Shown piece by piece: positions 1-14,678 of a DNA stretch of 64,000 bases. The DNA is taken from assembly GCA_051362555.1 (NCBI GenBank), contig CM120645.1, forward strand, positions 15,872,001 to 15,936,000. The letters run 5' to 3'. The stretch is from Lingula anatina. Lineage: Eukaryota; Animalia; Brachiopoda. The first letter of the stretch is position 1. Each line of letters starts with the position of its first letter. The translations under genes and the position numbers were made by a program. The notes below the pieces were generated by a model that saw only the letters and a program-made list of their open reading frames with translations, had not been told where the DNA came from and searched no databases.

Positions 1-88
1 ATCTATGGGAATGGGGTCTTATACCTGTGGTGTTGTGGTCCTTACACGCTTCCGTACAAAAATAACCGCTACGTCTTTTATTTGGCTT

Positions 89-235
89 CGGTGTTAACGT
101 TACAGAGAGTCCCCCATGATAAAGAGTCCGCTTCCCATTCATTTGTATAGGTAAGCTTCGTCGTAGATTTTGACCCACAAAGGGCAGGCTAACCCGAATC
201 GTTATAACTAATAAATGGGGGGTGGACTGTGGTCG
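89..235. repeat. Dispersed repeat; uninterrupted copy of the element split at 12690-12774/14116-14180
   Basis: Its reverse complement matches both flanks of the 12775-14115 insertion. Confidence 0.7.
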
Positions 236-1596
236 TGTGAAAAAAAAAGGTCCTCCAAAGAGGACAGGTGTGACAGGAATGATAGTCCTAATAATGGAAG
301 TCCGGGTAACCATATAATTAGCAAAGGCTAGGATTAATCGGAGTATTGGGGTTTGTATATGGAGCAAATGTCACCTCTACATTATGATGGGCAACATACT
401 ACGGTTTCTAGTGGACTTACCATTCCTGCCACACCGGTTCGGTTAAAGGTGACACTTAATGTGAAAAGGGCCTGTGACTATAAGAATACTAATACGTTGT
501 TAAAATACTCGAATATGGATATTTATGCACGAAATATAAACTGCGTCTCGCTTGGCAATACTCTATCTATTAGGAAAATGAAAACATTGATGTAGAGCCA
601 ATCATTAGAACCTATGTTTAGAATTATTAGGAAGGACCTTGTAGTTGTACTAATGACTTGTTGATGACGGATTAAAAACAACCCGTGTTTCAGACAAGAT
701 GAGAATGAAATGTCTAGAGGGATTCATAGAAAGCCAGTCGATATTTCTTGTCCTAAGAATGAGATAAACGTTTATCAAATTTATCAAACCGGTTAAGCGT
801 AGCGTCATTAGCGCGTTTAATCAATTACCAAGAACGGTACGATATTCTTCTTACAAAACAGCGATATCCTCTCTAGGGCACTTTCTCATAAAACAAATTA
901 GCCCAAACACGTGAAACCTAAGTGAAAATCACCATGGCATAGCCTGGTCAATACATTTAAATGTACCCATGAGGTTAGTACTGTTTAGCCTAGAAATATC
1001 GTTTCTGACTCCTTGTTTAATTAACCCCCATCTTCTTAATAACGCTCCACTTAACTAAATGAAACGTTCTGGTGATTAAATGTTACCTTAAGAACATAGG
1101 CAACGGGACGTTGTTGTTTTAAGTCACCAATCCAATAAACAACATCTAATTTTGTTATTACTTTTTCCCCCAGATCTATACTTGGAAAGTAATGAATTTG
1201 TAAACAACAAATATAAGCGAGTCCCTAAATGATAGATGTAGATTTTCTGCAGGTAAAGTAAAATGGTGGTTTAGTGCATTTAAAGATACACGTATCCACA
1301 CTGTATACTATATAACGTCTAGTAGCTACACTGCAGTCAGGGAGCATTCCTGGCCTCAGATTAACCAACTGTTGCAACGAGCACAGACAGACAGAGAAAC
1401 AGATGAGAAGCGGATGGAGTAGCATAAAATCCCACGCAGTGTGGTAGGTAAGGTTTCTGTCAGACAGACAGCAGGGCAGACAAACAGACAGACAAACAGC
1501 CAAAGAGGGAAAAAGCACCAAGTAAGTAAATGAAAATACATTCAAAGAATCCGGGCGAAATTCTGTATACGCGGCTTTATGCAGTGTGAGATAGAG

Positions 1597-1643
1597 AAAC
1601 AAACAAACAAACAAACAAACAAACAAACAAACAAACAAACAAA
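1597..1643. repeat. (AAAC)n microsatellite, with (CAGA)-rich tract at ~1383-1500
   Basis: Directly visible. Confidence 0.9.
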
Positions 1644-4600
1644 TAAAAAAAAAGAAAAAAAAAACATCGAACGCTTTGTAAATGTCACAGAAACCACGTG
1701 GAAATAAAACTCCCGGAAACCAACACCAATTAACGGAACTCGAGAGGTTGTCAATCAGTCAGGAGGAAAGCAGAAATTATAATTATTCCTACCTTTATAA
1801 AAAATACAGAGCATAAATGATTTCGGAAATGGCAGTGGTCATATCTGACTTCTTAATGATGCCGACTTCCAACACCATGACCACTCCGAATCATAAAAAG
1901 AGATGATTCCAATAAATCGCAACCGAACACGACAGAATAAGCGGGTGATGATAAATTGGACGTAGTTCTTAATGGCTCTAATTAGACATGTTTGATAAAT
2001 AGTGTAGAAGAACTAGTCTTGGAATGATGTAATGGTGGAGATAAATCATCAGTAGTGATAGGCCTATAATCGAGTTACCAACGATTTAGAATGAAAGACA
2101 CACAAACCTAGAAGAGAAAATGCAAAGGGAAAATAATTACGTCTTTTTGAGCAGAAAAATTAAGAAGGTGCATGTTGATTTCATTTGTGTCGTGTAAGAA
2201 ACTGGCACAGAGGGGCTATAAGTGTTCACATGACGCCCCTCACGAATTCTACCCATTCATTTTGTTATGCTGTAGAAACGATCAACTGCATTGGGGATTC
2301 CTGACCCCACCTCCCTTCGTTTTCTGAAAAAAAAGCAATATTCCCCTCTTGCATAATGAAATTTGACTACCTGAGTCATAGCTCTAAACAGTACCAAATG
2401 GCGCCGTTGGCCCATCTAAAACACCAAAATTTTGAGAGGGCCCCGAACCCCATGCCAAGGGGGCGAGGGGCGACCCTGCAGGTGACCGAGTTTATTGTAT
2501 CTGATTTCATGCACCCCCCTTCGAATGATATAGTATTATAAAGTGTATTTTATATTATTAAAACAGTATAGGATGGTACACTTGTTCTTGTACTACAGAA
2601 GTGCTGTGACATCGATCGGGTACCCGAAGCGTGAAGACGTAAATTGCGAAAAGTTAAATGTACGAGTCAAACACATAGGTTAAGTGATGCAGCAATAGGA
2701 CGGTTGATAGTTCCCAACAAAGGGACTTCCGGGTAATATTGGCATCAAACCAGAAAAACAACTCTAGAAGTCGGCATGACGTCACAAGTGTCCGGAGCGT
2801 TGTCAATGCAAGCGCAATGTTTGGGGGACAAATGTGATGCGACTTTCGGTTTTCCCCATAGTTTGTAATGGACGGCTATTATGCCCAATATATAAAACAG
2901 ACCAAGAGACCTTCCTAAGTAAAATCTCAGTCATAAAGGCTGATACAAGGTCACCAGAAAGTAAAATATGCAAAGTGTTTAACATTGCAAACAAGGATAA
3001 TTTAGCCTCTCTTTTCAATTTTATTATAAAATCATTAAAAAAAAAATGAAAAACTAAGTTTGTGGTCCCACTGTTGTGAACAGTGACTACAGTGGGAAGA
3101 AAAAAGTGACACATTTTTATATCTGTTTTCTAGTTATTGGTGTAATTGTAGTTCTTCCCCCTTCCTTGTAAATTTGAATCACTCCATATTATGTAGCCAT
3201 ATGCTTCATGATTTGTGTTTGTGATAAATTTATAAACATGCCAAGAAGTTAATCTCACTGCTTATCTTGAATATTTCATTTATGGAAAGATATTTGTTCA
3301 GTCACTAACTGGCAACGCAATTGCCAAATACAGAATGGTAATGCACTAATTGTATTGTTGTTTTTTATATTATATTGTACAAGGTTATGATAATTTACGT
3401 ATCAGTATAGAAATAAATTGAACGGAATTGTTAGAAAAACTCTCCTCTTCAAAACCTCATTACAAATACCCGCGGCCACAGTTTCACTTGTATGAGGAAA
3501 CAAAAATCTGGGCTAATGATACCCTGCTGCAGAATAGATAGAAAAATTACATACGTGTACATGTACCAGAATATAGCAATATGACTCCTCAATTAATTAT
3601 TGAACTATTATACCAGCATTTAAGATAACACACGATAATTCTGTACTCCTTTAAATAAGATGTAAACTGTTGTTACTTATACAATAACTTTTTCCTTTGT
3701 GTAATCCTGCATGGTTAGCTATAAAAGCAACATATTCCATTTATTTCATAACCATTAATTAGCGCAATGTTTGTGCAATTTACAGGAGAATAGAGTACAC
3801 CGTACAAGTTGATTGGCTAGTAAACAGACAAGCAACAGGGGTAAGTACATCATCATTATTAGGCTTCAAAATGTATGTTTCCTCCAGTAAAATCTGGGTA
3901 ATATAAGTATGTGAAAAACCTCGAGCGAAGATCGTAACACCGAATGTTTGACGAAACTGCTCGACATCTGTTATTATTTTAGTTATTTTTAAATTAAATT
4001 TACTATTGTTTAGCGAACGGAAGAAAGGAATCTACCTCCCTAAAGCAAGTACAATTGGTCGGAATTGTAAAAAATAGAACGATATAAAACAAACATGCAA
4101 CTGAGACTTAAGATTTTTTCTTAATCGCTGCTGTGGTATGTTCTAAAAGTGAGATGCAAATAGTAACCGAATTGTGTTAATATATTTAAAAAAACTTGCT
4201 TCAGCCAAAAATGTTAAGCTATTGCTCAGGTTAATAACGAATTCAGATGGATGTCTCCCCTTTTTTGGGATATATTGCTTATTTCTAATAATGGGTTCCT
4301 ATGGTTTCTTAGGGCATTTTTGTTGATAACATAAAATAAAACAATCGAATTAGCCATTATGGGTAACCATTACAAGAGCTGAGTCCCATTATCCAGTAGA
4401 CTGATAAACCGATCTTTATAATTACATTCTCATGGGATTTTACCTGCTTTTCACACTTATCTCATAAAATATATCACATTACAGATAACTAAATGATGCT
4501 GGGTAAAAAAAACAGTTGACCTCAGATAGTTGTCGTTGTTTGTTTCATAAATGGAAACGTGCGGCTTTTGGTCAGATTATTAACTCAGTAAACTCTTGTA

Positions 4601-4814
4601 GATGGTGAAGTTGATTACCAATTTACTAAGATGTAGTTCGACATATTGTTAAACGCTCGGTGCAATAAATGGGTATTGTATTTCTTTACTTGTGCATAAA
4701 TTATATGAGTGACTTTTTTATGGTGAATGGAATTTGGATTGGGTTAGGCGATGTTTTATGTCGCTTGTTATGCCAGGTTAGTCCTTTTAGTAACAGTCAA
4801 AAGAGTTTCTTTTT

Positions 4815-4840
4815 GAGAGAGAGAGAGAGAGAGAGAGAGA
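4815..4840. repeat. (GA)n microsatellite
   Basis: Directly visible. Confidence 0.9.
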
Positions 4841-5334
4841 ACAACACGCAAAAGAAGTGCAATGACATTGCACTCAGTTCAAATGTAGTAGAAAGTTATC
4901 CTGTCATTTACTAATCTCTCAACAAACCGGATAACAACATATAATCAGGCAAGAAGTCTCTTGTCAGAAACGTGACACTTTAATGTAGCAGCCAAATTGA
5001 GTTTTGCGCAATTTGCACTTTGAGAAAATGTATTGCCGCTACTTTGGCCATTGGCGTGTTAGTAATCAGGAAGAATCTACATGTATAGGTCAGATGCAGA
5101 GGAGATATGCGGCGGATAAATAGCTAGAACACTGACACCGTGTGTCCTGGTTCTGATCTTCAGTACTGTTGATGTGCAATACGTGCAACAAACTGTGTAA
5201 CAGAATGTGCATAATGTATACTCATAGACACACAATTGGATCCCTGCCATAATCATTTTGGAGCGGTGTATAGAAAATCCATGATATCATTTACTTTATT
5301 CAAGTATCCCCGCACCGCAAATTATGGTGAACTT

Positions 5335-5362
5335 TGTGTGTGTGTGTGTGTGTGTGTGTGTG
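5335..5362. repeat. (TG)n microsatellite
   Basis: Directly visible. Confidence 0.9.
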
Positions 5363-7905
5363 AGTATGTGCGAGCGTGTGCCCATGTGCGTTTCTACAAA
5401 TGTATCACAATCTAGTTTAGTCCCTGAGTCTGTACGGCAAGCTACCCCATTGGTAAACCACACTATGTACATCAACGGAGTTGTCAAATCTTCGCGTTAA
5501 CTCTCTTTCTAGGCGTTTTTTGTCATCGATTCTTTGCGATTCCAGCTTGTACCATCGTTTTGCTCACACCACGACTTGCGGATCATTCCCATATCCTGTC
5601 TTACTAACTGTTGATCGATCTATATATCGCTTAAACGAGTACCATTCAGCAATAAGAATACCAATCAATTTTGATGTCAGTTTCCATTTGTACTGGTTTG
5701 GAAAAGAAGTAATTTCAGTAAAACGTTATTTCCAAACTGCCTGTCGAGTCGACAGTAAGCAGTTATTTTGGTGATATCATTAAATCCAGGCTAAGTCTGA
5801 TGGAAGTGCACTCATTAAAGATACTCTGTACGGGATTTACCTGACGAAGTGAATTTTCCTGGAACAAAAAGCAATTTCTGCTACTCGTTCGACCCGTTCC
5901 TGCGGTTGGATTCGATGTTTTATTCCATTTATTAATGATATAGATTTAATTTAATGATTTAGTTCTAAATGACTGAACCAATTTTCTTGAGATAAACGGT
6001 GTATTTATCCGAAAAGCAAAGCAGCGCCCACCCCACTTTCTTGACAACTCTGTACATGTACTGTAGCAATCTCGCTAACTTAAAGTCATAAACCGATGCC
6101 GCCATCACTTAGAGCACTTGGCACCGGTTTGCACGCAATTCAACCGGTGGGACAAGATGGTTCACAGGTGACGAAGTCCGTCAGGATGTGATCAGTTATA
6201 TTATTTTGAGGGCATTAATTTATGGCATTTCTTTGTTAAAAGTAGTCAAATAGTATTACCTGCCCTTAGATAAGGCCAACAAAAAGTGTTTTACTGTACA
6301 TGTATGTACATTTCAAGTAAAAGACGCATTTTCAAATTTTGACGCTTTGTCCCTCTTATCTTCCATAAGGATTTGGACACCCCTTTTTTTAACAGCATCA
6401 AAGTGCCCTTCATGTCTGTCATGCAATACACTGACGCGACACGGTTATTTTTAGTTAAACCCCGGATTGTGCACGCTGGCCCCGCAAGGTGTCGCCTATG
6501 GAGGTCGTGCAGCACAGCTCATTAGGCCCATATGGTGAACAGTGGCAAAGGTGACAGGTGTTTCCAAACATTTTTTCATAACCGTGATTGATTCTCATTC
6601 CATTCACAGATTTGATATCGACGGCAATGCTAAACAAGCATAGTGCTTGTGGCACTTGCAAAAGTGAGTCTAGGTACGTTGACAGGTCGCATAGGTGCCC
6701 CAGATTAACCCCCGGCAGAGAAGAGACTCCAAGCAAAGAACAACACAACCTGTAGATACTGAACATTTGGCAAAAGTTAAGCAACACTGGATTTTGGCAG
6801 AAGTCGAGAGGAAATTCATTAACATGCCAAGTTCAAGTTCAAGACTTGGCCCTTGACACCAGCAACGCTCCCCTTAGTCAAGAATCTGAACGAGACAGGA
6901 TGTGATCCTGCGTTCGGAAGGTACATTGTTTATTCTATTTTCTACGGGCGTTTTTTTGTAATTTTATCAACTTGCTTGACATTTTGTTCCCTGGTGCTAG
7001 TAGCGTACACTATCTGCGCTGTAAACCCATTTATCAATGCTGTCATCTTTACCTGTATCTCTATTTTAATAGATTAAAATACTGGTAGTAAAATACCAGT
7101 GGCACGTACGTTTGACACATTTCAGTAAGAAAATAAGCCATGATGCTTATATTAATTTGCAATACTTAATTAAGCATCATCCTATTAATGAAAACTTTCA
7201 ACCTTTCAATATCATTATACAATAAAACTATAATGGTGGGAGCTGCCATGAAAAAAATGCTTATTTAAAAGAATTAATAAAAGCAAATAATATGTGATTT
7301 TATTCCATTTGGGATACTTTTAATCTTTTTTCAAACCCGTTAATTATCAAACATGAGACTTATTTTCAGAAAATCCACAGATATTACTGCATTGTAACCC
7401 TGTTGATACACAGATCCACAGTTCTAAGTTGCAAATACCTTTCAGACACCGACTGATAAGATGTTTATAATTATATGTATAAAGTAGTGAAAATATCACA
7501 TAATGTGTGTGCAGAAGATATATTTCTACAGGTATCTTTCATTCGTCAGCCATAAAACTTGTACTCAATAAATGTAGACATTTGAACGAGCGAAAAATCT
7601 ACATACAGACATGGCAGTGTTGTGCATTATATTGTCACCAACCTAAAACTGAATGGGTATGTAAATAACAAAGGGAGTCTCCCTTCCATTTACTGGCATT
7701 CTTAATACTGAAAAACAAATTACACCTTGCAGCCTTCACTGTCCCACTATTTGCAGATAGTGTTCTAATCACTGTGTACTTTTGATGCATAGACTTTGTG
7801 TCATGTTGTCATGTAGAATTTTTGGCTGAATGTTATCTGATATGCCCACAAGTAATTATTTTTGGATGTCTTATGGTATGTCATGTGATCAAAGCGATGT
7901 TTCAG

Positions 7906-8016
7906 AGTCCTTGAAAGACCTTGTGAAAACCAGGAAGCAGTTCGCAACTGACAACTGAATCTCACCAAACCGCGATCGCTTCTTCTTCCTGGTTTTCACA
8001 AGGTCCTTCAAGGACT
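7906..8016. mobile_element. Small MITE-like hairpin (~32-bp inverted arms)
   Basis: agtccttgaaagaccttgtgaaaaccaggaag ... cttcctggttttcacaaggtccttcaaggact. Confidence 0.65.
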
Positions 8017-8655
8017 GTAAAACATCCCTATAATTGCAGCAAGTACCATAAAACACCCAAAAATGAGTAGATATGGGAATATCAGATTACATACATGCAA
8101 ATATTCCACATGACAACGATTTACACCCTCGCGGGAATGCTTTTCCTTTGACGGTCTTTGTCGCGCTGTTGGTCGATGCAGCATATATTTCAAAACAAAT
8201 TGACTGCATACGCAAGATTTTGCACCTTCAAGTATTGTAACACGTTTGCATGTGATGTACATGTACCTTTATTTCTACAAGTATTTTCTGCCCAAAGTAC
8301 CAAAAGAAAAAGTTATCTCACTATGTTGTTGGAAAAACTGCTTTTTTTCTCTGAGGCCACATCTTCACTCCCGTTCACCTCCAGCTAAAAATGACCTCTT
8401 ACACCACTACACGTCACTTCCGGCACAATCCTATCTCCTCGGGTACCCTCTATTCAATCATGTTTTAGCAACATGGAATTATCATTAACTTTGCTGATTA
8501 ACGTGTACACAGTACCTTGCTAGCAATTCTGCTCTTTTTCCACCAACTCGCCACCTACAGACTAACCACATCGTTTCAAAACAACGTTGGTATGAAATTC
8601 TACATTTAGTGTTGGCAGTTTCGCTCCGGAGACGTCGTCTTCGGTTAAAAACAGC

Positions 8656-9211
8656 CAGGCCTACCCAACTACCAGACTCGGCACCTAAGGATCCTGAATT
8701 AACCGGTATATCGGACCACGTTTCCCCGTTTTCAATGTGTGTGTCAGATCGCATTTCGGAGTATCATACCCCAGAACAAATTTTGTAGCACGACTGCGGG
8801 CTCATCCACGCTCGGCTGAACAACCTGAAACTGTACTCTTACTATTTAGAGTACTCTATTTTATCGTCTCTATGGGGGTATATGGGGACTTTAGGACATT
8901 CGGTTTGAATGTTTTAACCACTTTTGATAGGGCTTTTTTGCATTGTATTAGATTAATGTGGCAGTCTAAGGTTCATCTAGGTGGCTTTCAAATTTATGCG
9001 CCCGGTTTTAAAATCATATAGCAATTTTTTACGACAATCGTTTACTATCCAATCAAGGTGACAGCCGAGCATGCCAGGGCTCATCCTGTCGGTGTTATGG
9101 CTGATACTCCGAAATGCGATCTGACACACACCTTGAAAACGGGTAGTGTGGTCCGATATACCGGTTAATTCAGGATCCTTAGGTGCCGAGTCTGGTAGTT
9201 GGGTAGGCCTG
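8656..9211. mobile_element. Non-autonomous DNA transposon, ~110-bp TIRs, 5-bp TSD ACAGC (hAT5-like)
   Basis: CAGGCCTACCCAACTACCAG... and ...CTGGTAGTTGGGTAGGCCTG; ACAGC at 8651-8655 and 9212-9216. Confidence 0.85.
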
Positions 9212-12200
9212 ACAGCGTATCGTTTTCGATCATCTTTGCATTGCTTCTGTACAAAATGTCCGCTTGCTGCTCGACCAAGGAAATTTTAGCACATGTGAAT
9301 TCACGTACAACCCGGCACACAGATGTTTGACAAACCATATTATGAGGACAAGGGTGAATTTAAAATGGGTATTAGCGTGTAACTTCGTTATCTCCTCAGG
9401 ATATTTTTAAATGCGTTAAATTTTTGAAAGCTGTTCCATAGGAATAAAATCATTCCTGATCTAACGAAAACAAATTTTATTTTACTTTGAAAAAATTAAC
9501 CAACGGCATCATGTCGATGAAACGCAAATGATCAAGCTAATTACAAAAGGTTGAAATACACTGTTTAATAGAAGATCAATTGCAGTCATAAACCATCACA
9601 AAGCAACAAGCTAATTATAATTAGCCAAAGAGTTTATTTTCGTTCCTCTTGATATAAAATGGCATTTCACGTTAATTCATCACCATTATCCCTGTAAGGC
9701 GTAAGTCGTGATATTGAAGCAATGTAGTTCAATTGACTGTGATGATGAGAATGTTATTAAACTGTCAATCTCTTACACGTCGAAATCAACGAGTGGTAAT
9801 CAAACTCAAAAATTGAATGTAGGCGAGTGCATACAGGATTTACGCTCAACTTTGGTGCATCAATTAGTGACCCACAACTGACATCGATTACTACGCAAAT
9901 AGTCATTTTCGTTGGTTTCAAAAAATCTAAATGCTTTTTGATACATTAACAATACAATGAGCCAGTTGAGTAGTTCTCTACTGATCTACTGATCGATTAA
10001 TCAATTCAAAGGTCCCTTTGATCATGTAGCGTTAACCTGTACTGAAGAACGATCATCGCGTTTTTATTAAAGGTGGCAATTTTGATGACTTGGTCAAAAT
10101 TAATAAAAAAAAGAACCTTGTGAACTTTTGTCCCACTTAGTGACACATTGCTCTGAACTGATACGCCGTCCATTACAAATACGTGCGTAATGCGCCTGAT
10201 ACCACGCGAAGCCGTGTACTTATAGACATAAAATGGGTGTAAATTTTGATTGATTCTAACACTGTAACGCAGACTGAAAAACATGCTACCTTAAGAAATG
10301 CCAAGTGGAAGAAAACTTTTGGCTCAAATTGCTCGTGTATGTGTGAACTTCTTTCACATGCTCTCTGACAATTTACTTAGATCAACAGCTATTCATTTGC
10401 AGTTTGCACTTCGTACCTGGCTTGTTTTAGACGCAATGTCAGTGCCAATAACTTTTGCTGTCAGCTGCTGTATATACGACGAAACTGCACTGAAACGGTT
10501 GACAATGAACACAATTTGCACTCACTTCACTTTATATAAATGCAATACTCTTTTGTAAATGATTGCTTTGTTGAGAGGGACTGTAATTTAAAACACAGCT
10601 AGTTTCACGGCAATGTGAACCATCCCTCGGAGCATATATATCATTCAAATACACTTTACGTACTCAACACTCTGTCCTGCGCTAATTACTTTAATGTATC
10701 TGCCAACAGACTAATTGAGGGAATTGCTTCTCTCGCGCATAAGCCCACAAAATGTTTAAACGAAACAAACTATTGATCATTGTAGTTCGGAATCTGTCAT
10801 GACCAATGCTTTGACTGCCAGTATAGTAACGAGAAAAAAAGCAGTATTTCTTCTTTAAATATCTCCATTCGATTTACACTTGGCCTGATTGGACTTGCGT
10901 TATCCATGGGAAGTCTGACAGATTGCAGATCTATGTCATTTTGCGAATACTGATATGTTTCGGCAGGGGTCTATCTTCTAGCACGGCCATACGCAGTGAG
11001 TGTAAAAATTTGAAAAAAATGAATACGAATAAAAAGAATGTTACAAGGATAACCGCTTTTGATTACGGTCGAGATCGGGCCTATGTATAGTAAATTTCAT
11101 GCATTTTCATCTAGGCTAACTATAAGCGATATCCAGCGTAAGCAACGATCATTTAAAACATTATAATTGGTTCAAATATTCTTGGCTAGATCTGTCAATC
11201 TTTCAAACTGAAAGTAAGGATAAGACAACTGAAAAGAAAAAGGGGATACAAAGGGAAAAATACACGTACCTAGTGTCTGCATTGAGCGTGTGCCAGGCGA
11301 CTCCGTCTTTTCCCGATATATTTTCTCGGCTTATAAAACTTAGCCGTATCACAGTTGTATCAAAGGGTGGACGCGCTATCATCAAGTTTTGTAGGTCTGA
11401 TTTTGTACCCCCGACCGTGTATGCTCCCCGAATCCCGACCCTTTTCCCAGTGCCCAATCGCCAAGTAGGAATTTAGCGTATAGTAAAGATTAGCGTATTA
11501 ACTATGATTATTACAGTTACTATTATATTAGTAAGTGGTATTCCCTTGATAGGTGTCCATTTGTTGGCAAATATAGGATGGAAAGGATCATTTATTACAC
11601 TGATGGATTTAGTTTAAAAAAAACACTTATAGGGGCACCATTTGTCTTCTTTATGCTACCACAATCGTTAATAGTTTTTAGTTTATAGGTAAGCATATGG
11701 CCGATAACAGATCAGCATTTTGAAAAATGTTATGTAGGCCGCCCGGAATTTACAGCACAATGCATGCATTACTAAAAGATAGATGCTTGCACACTCCGCT
11801 GGTTCTTTTCATTCTAAATAACAGTCTATAATGACTGAATTCAGCCACTATTTGAGAGCTACCGGTCGCAATGGCTGTAACATCTGTGACAAGGCGTTTG
11901 CAAATAAATGCCTATTTAATTAGTCTAATTTTTTGCTATGGTTTTAACGTTGGTGTTTTACCTGGGTTTGATACTAATTTATAAAACCTGTTTTTAAAAA
12001 AGTCCATTGACAACTTAATATTAATAAACCAATTGGGTCGACGAAAGGGGTAAAAGATGCACCTTTTTCACAAAAAATACATATTTTGAAATTGCTGGCA
12101 ACCTTCCTGTGTGAGACCATTGCATTTAAATGCCAAAAATCGGACACCAATTCTATATATGTGCACGCATCTATCTGCGTTAGTAGCAGAAGACAGCTTT

Positions 12201-12348
12201 TATGTTGTCTGAGTGGATATTGCTTTACGTGTAAAGAGTAGTTGGACGGTGTTCTCTGTGCGTGAATTCCCAGCTCAGAACAACTTCATTGCATGCTAAC
12301 ACATTGATAACGAAACGATTGTTATTTTGGTACATTATAGGTACCCTT

Positions 12349-12597
12349 GGGGACCATTCCCAGACCCTATCGGTCTAACTGTGGATCGATCTATCTCCGA
12401 GGGGATTCTCGCTAAATTGCAATCAACTTAAGCGGCTTTGATATCTGTCACGCCTACTGAAGCCGATATTGGGTAACTAATTATCGTTCAGCAGCTCCAG
12501 TAGGCTTGCCAGACATCTAAGCGGCGAAAGCAATTTAGCGAGAAACCCCTCAGATATGGATCGATCCTGCTAGGTCAATCTAGGTACGGGGAACCAA
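12349..12597. mobile_element. Palindromic MITE; related copies at ~27856-27913 and ~46478-46685
   Basis: Inverted arms ggatcgatctatctccgaggggattctcgctaaattgc / gcaatttagcgagaaacccctcagatatggatcgatcc; similar sequence seen at two other positions. Confidence 0.65.
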
Positions 12598-12774
12598 TCT
12601 TATACAGAGGATGCAGTAGACAGAAAGTTTAAGGCTTGGAGTACATTTATTTGGAGTCGATACTATCAATCCAGTGTAACGAAAATGAGGGTCCGTGTAC
12701 CAGAAAACCCGCCTCCATTAAGTTACAATGGTTAGGGTTAGCCTGACCTGGGTCAAAATCTAGAGCGAAGCTTA

Positions 12775-14115
12775 TACCCCCGACACACTTAATTGGAATC
12801 AGCAGGAATCAAGAAGAATGAGGCTGAATGAAGAATTTTAAAAATTCGCACCATGCACATTCGGGAAAGAAGTTTAAATTGACCTTAATTATTGTAAGAG
12901 TACCGTTGGAATACTCAGAATGCGCTTGAATTCGCCTGAAATGATGAGTGCACTTTCGGCTGTTTTAGCTCTCAAATGCAGTTCGAATGTAGTTGGAAAA
13001 CTAGGAATATCTATAATGCTGTCAGAAGGCAGTAAGAATTTTTAGAATATACTTTGAATGGCGTACTAGTGTAGTTCGATTGCTGGGAAAATTAATATTT
13101 CACCTCATCCGAGGCACATTCGAAACATTCTGGCGGGATTTTACCCCCGTCACACTAGAGACGGAATGATTAAGCATGGCGTAGAACATACAATTCTTTG
13201 TGCATTCCAGGTTATTCGAAGAGCATTCTAAAAATTCCGAGTGCATTACAAATAATTTTACCCATTCTTGTGGCCGACTCGAATGTTTTTGTCATGTCAA
13301 AAACTTTCGAAGTGCATTCCAAGTGGGAAATTATCGAATGACATTTGAACAGTATTCTAACTGCACTATGACTGCATTCTAAATATTCTCACGGCATTCC
13401 GACAGCATTAGAAACATTATGATCAATTACCATTCCAGTGGCGTTATTTATACACTCTGGGCATCGTGTTACATTCTAAACATGTTAGAAAGTAATTTTA
13501 ATTAAGTATTTTAGGTATTTCAGCTGCATTATGTTTGAATTCTTTATATTTCAAACCATCATTGGCAGCCATACCGGGAGCACTTGACTGCATTTGACTG
13601 TATATATCATTCGAGGCACCTTCTTACATACTTCAGCCTGTATTCGGCCAGCAGTCAAACCACGCTCGTACGGCATTTGTACTTCATTCGGAATATTCTG
13701 ACTGCAATTTGAAATTCCCTCCCGATTATGGCACGAATTTTTCAATTTATTCATTCTGGCTGGTTCTGCTTGATTCCTGCTGGTTCCGAATAAGTGTGAC
13801 GGGGGCCTTAAGTCACGTGCCATTTCGAATATCCCTCGAATGTGATCAGGATGTTTCGAATGTTGCCAGAATGCCGTAAGAATATTTAAAATGCAGTCAT
13901 AGTGTAGTTAGAATACTATTCAAATGCCATTCAATAATTTTCCACTTGGAATGCACTTCGAAAGTTTTTAACATTCAGACCGACCACAAGAGTGGGTAAA
14001 ACTATTTGAAATGCACTCGGAATTTTTAGAATGCAATTTGAATATCCAGGAATGCACAAAGAATTGTCTTTCCGACGGCATTCTTGTTCATTCTGCATCT
14101 AGTGTGACGGGGGTA
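12775..14115. mobile_element. PIF/Harbinger-like non-autonomous element with TTA TSD, containing an inverted related copy (13142-13807)
   Basis: TIRs TACCCCCGACACACT / AGTGTGACGGGGGTA; TTA at 12772-12774 and 14116-14118; internal second pair of the same termini. Confidence 0.8.
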
Positions 14116-14638
14116 TTACCTGTACAAATGAATGGGAAGTGGACTCTGTATCATGGGAACTCTCTGTCACGTTACGCCGGCACCCCTCAACGTAAGTGTG
14201 AAAAAAGAAATTGAGAATATTGATAATAACCAGATATAAATCCACGAATACTTCACTTAATCAGTCAACGTTTTATCAGTGTTAAAGTGATAATCGTGGG
14301 AGTAGTGACAGACTGCAGATACCTCTTGGTAAATTCAGCTGCTTTCGCCAAAATGAATGTTGGCCTCATTTTACCACCCATAGTTTTACGGAACCATAAT
14401 TAAGAGAAAAAAGTGATCATTTAAGAAACTCTCGAGTGTTTATCAAACGAGAACAAAAATAAATAAATAAAAAATAAAATAATAATGATAATAATAATAA
14501 TAATTAACCGCACAGTTCAACAGGAATTGACAGTAGACAGTAATGTTTTATCCAATATCAATCGAAGCAATTTTTTTCGAGGTCTCCTTGGTAAATATAC
14601 ACGCTTCACGACCTAAAACGTTGGAAAACACCCATTAA

Positions 14639-14639
<1 letters not shown>

Positions 14640-14676
<37 letters not shown>
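14640..14676. repeat. (ATT)n microsatellite
   Basis: Directly visible. Confidence 0.9.

Positions 14677-14678
<2 letters not shown>

Noticed and set aside
1225-1754. ORFs of 137, 61 and 70 aa
   Set aside because: Products of (AAAC)n and (CAGA)n microsatellite translation.
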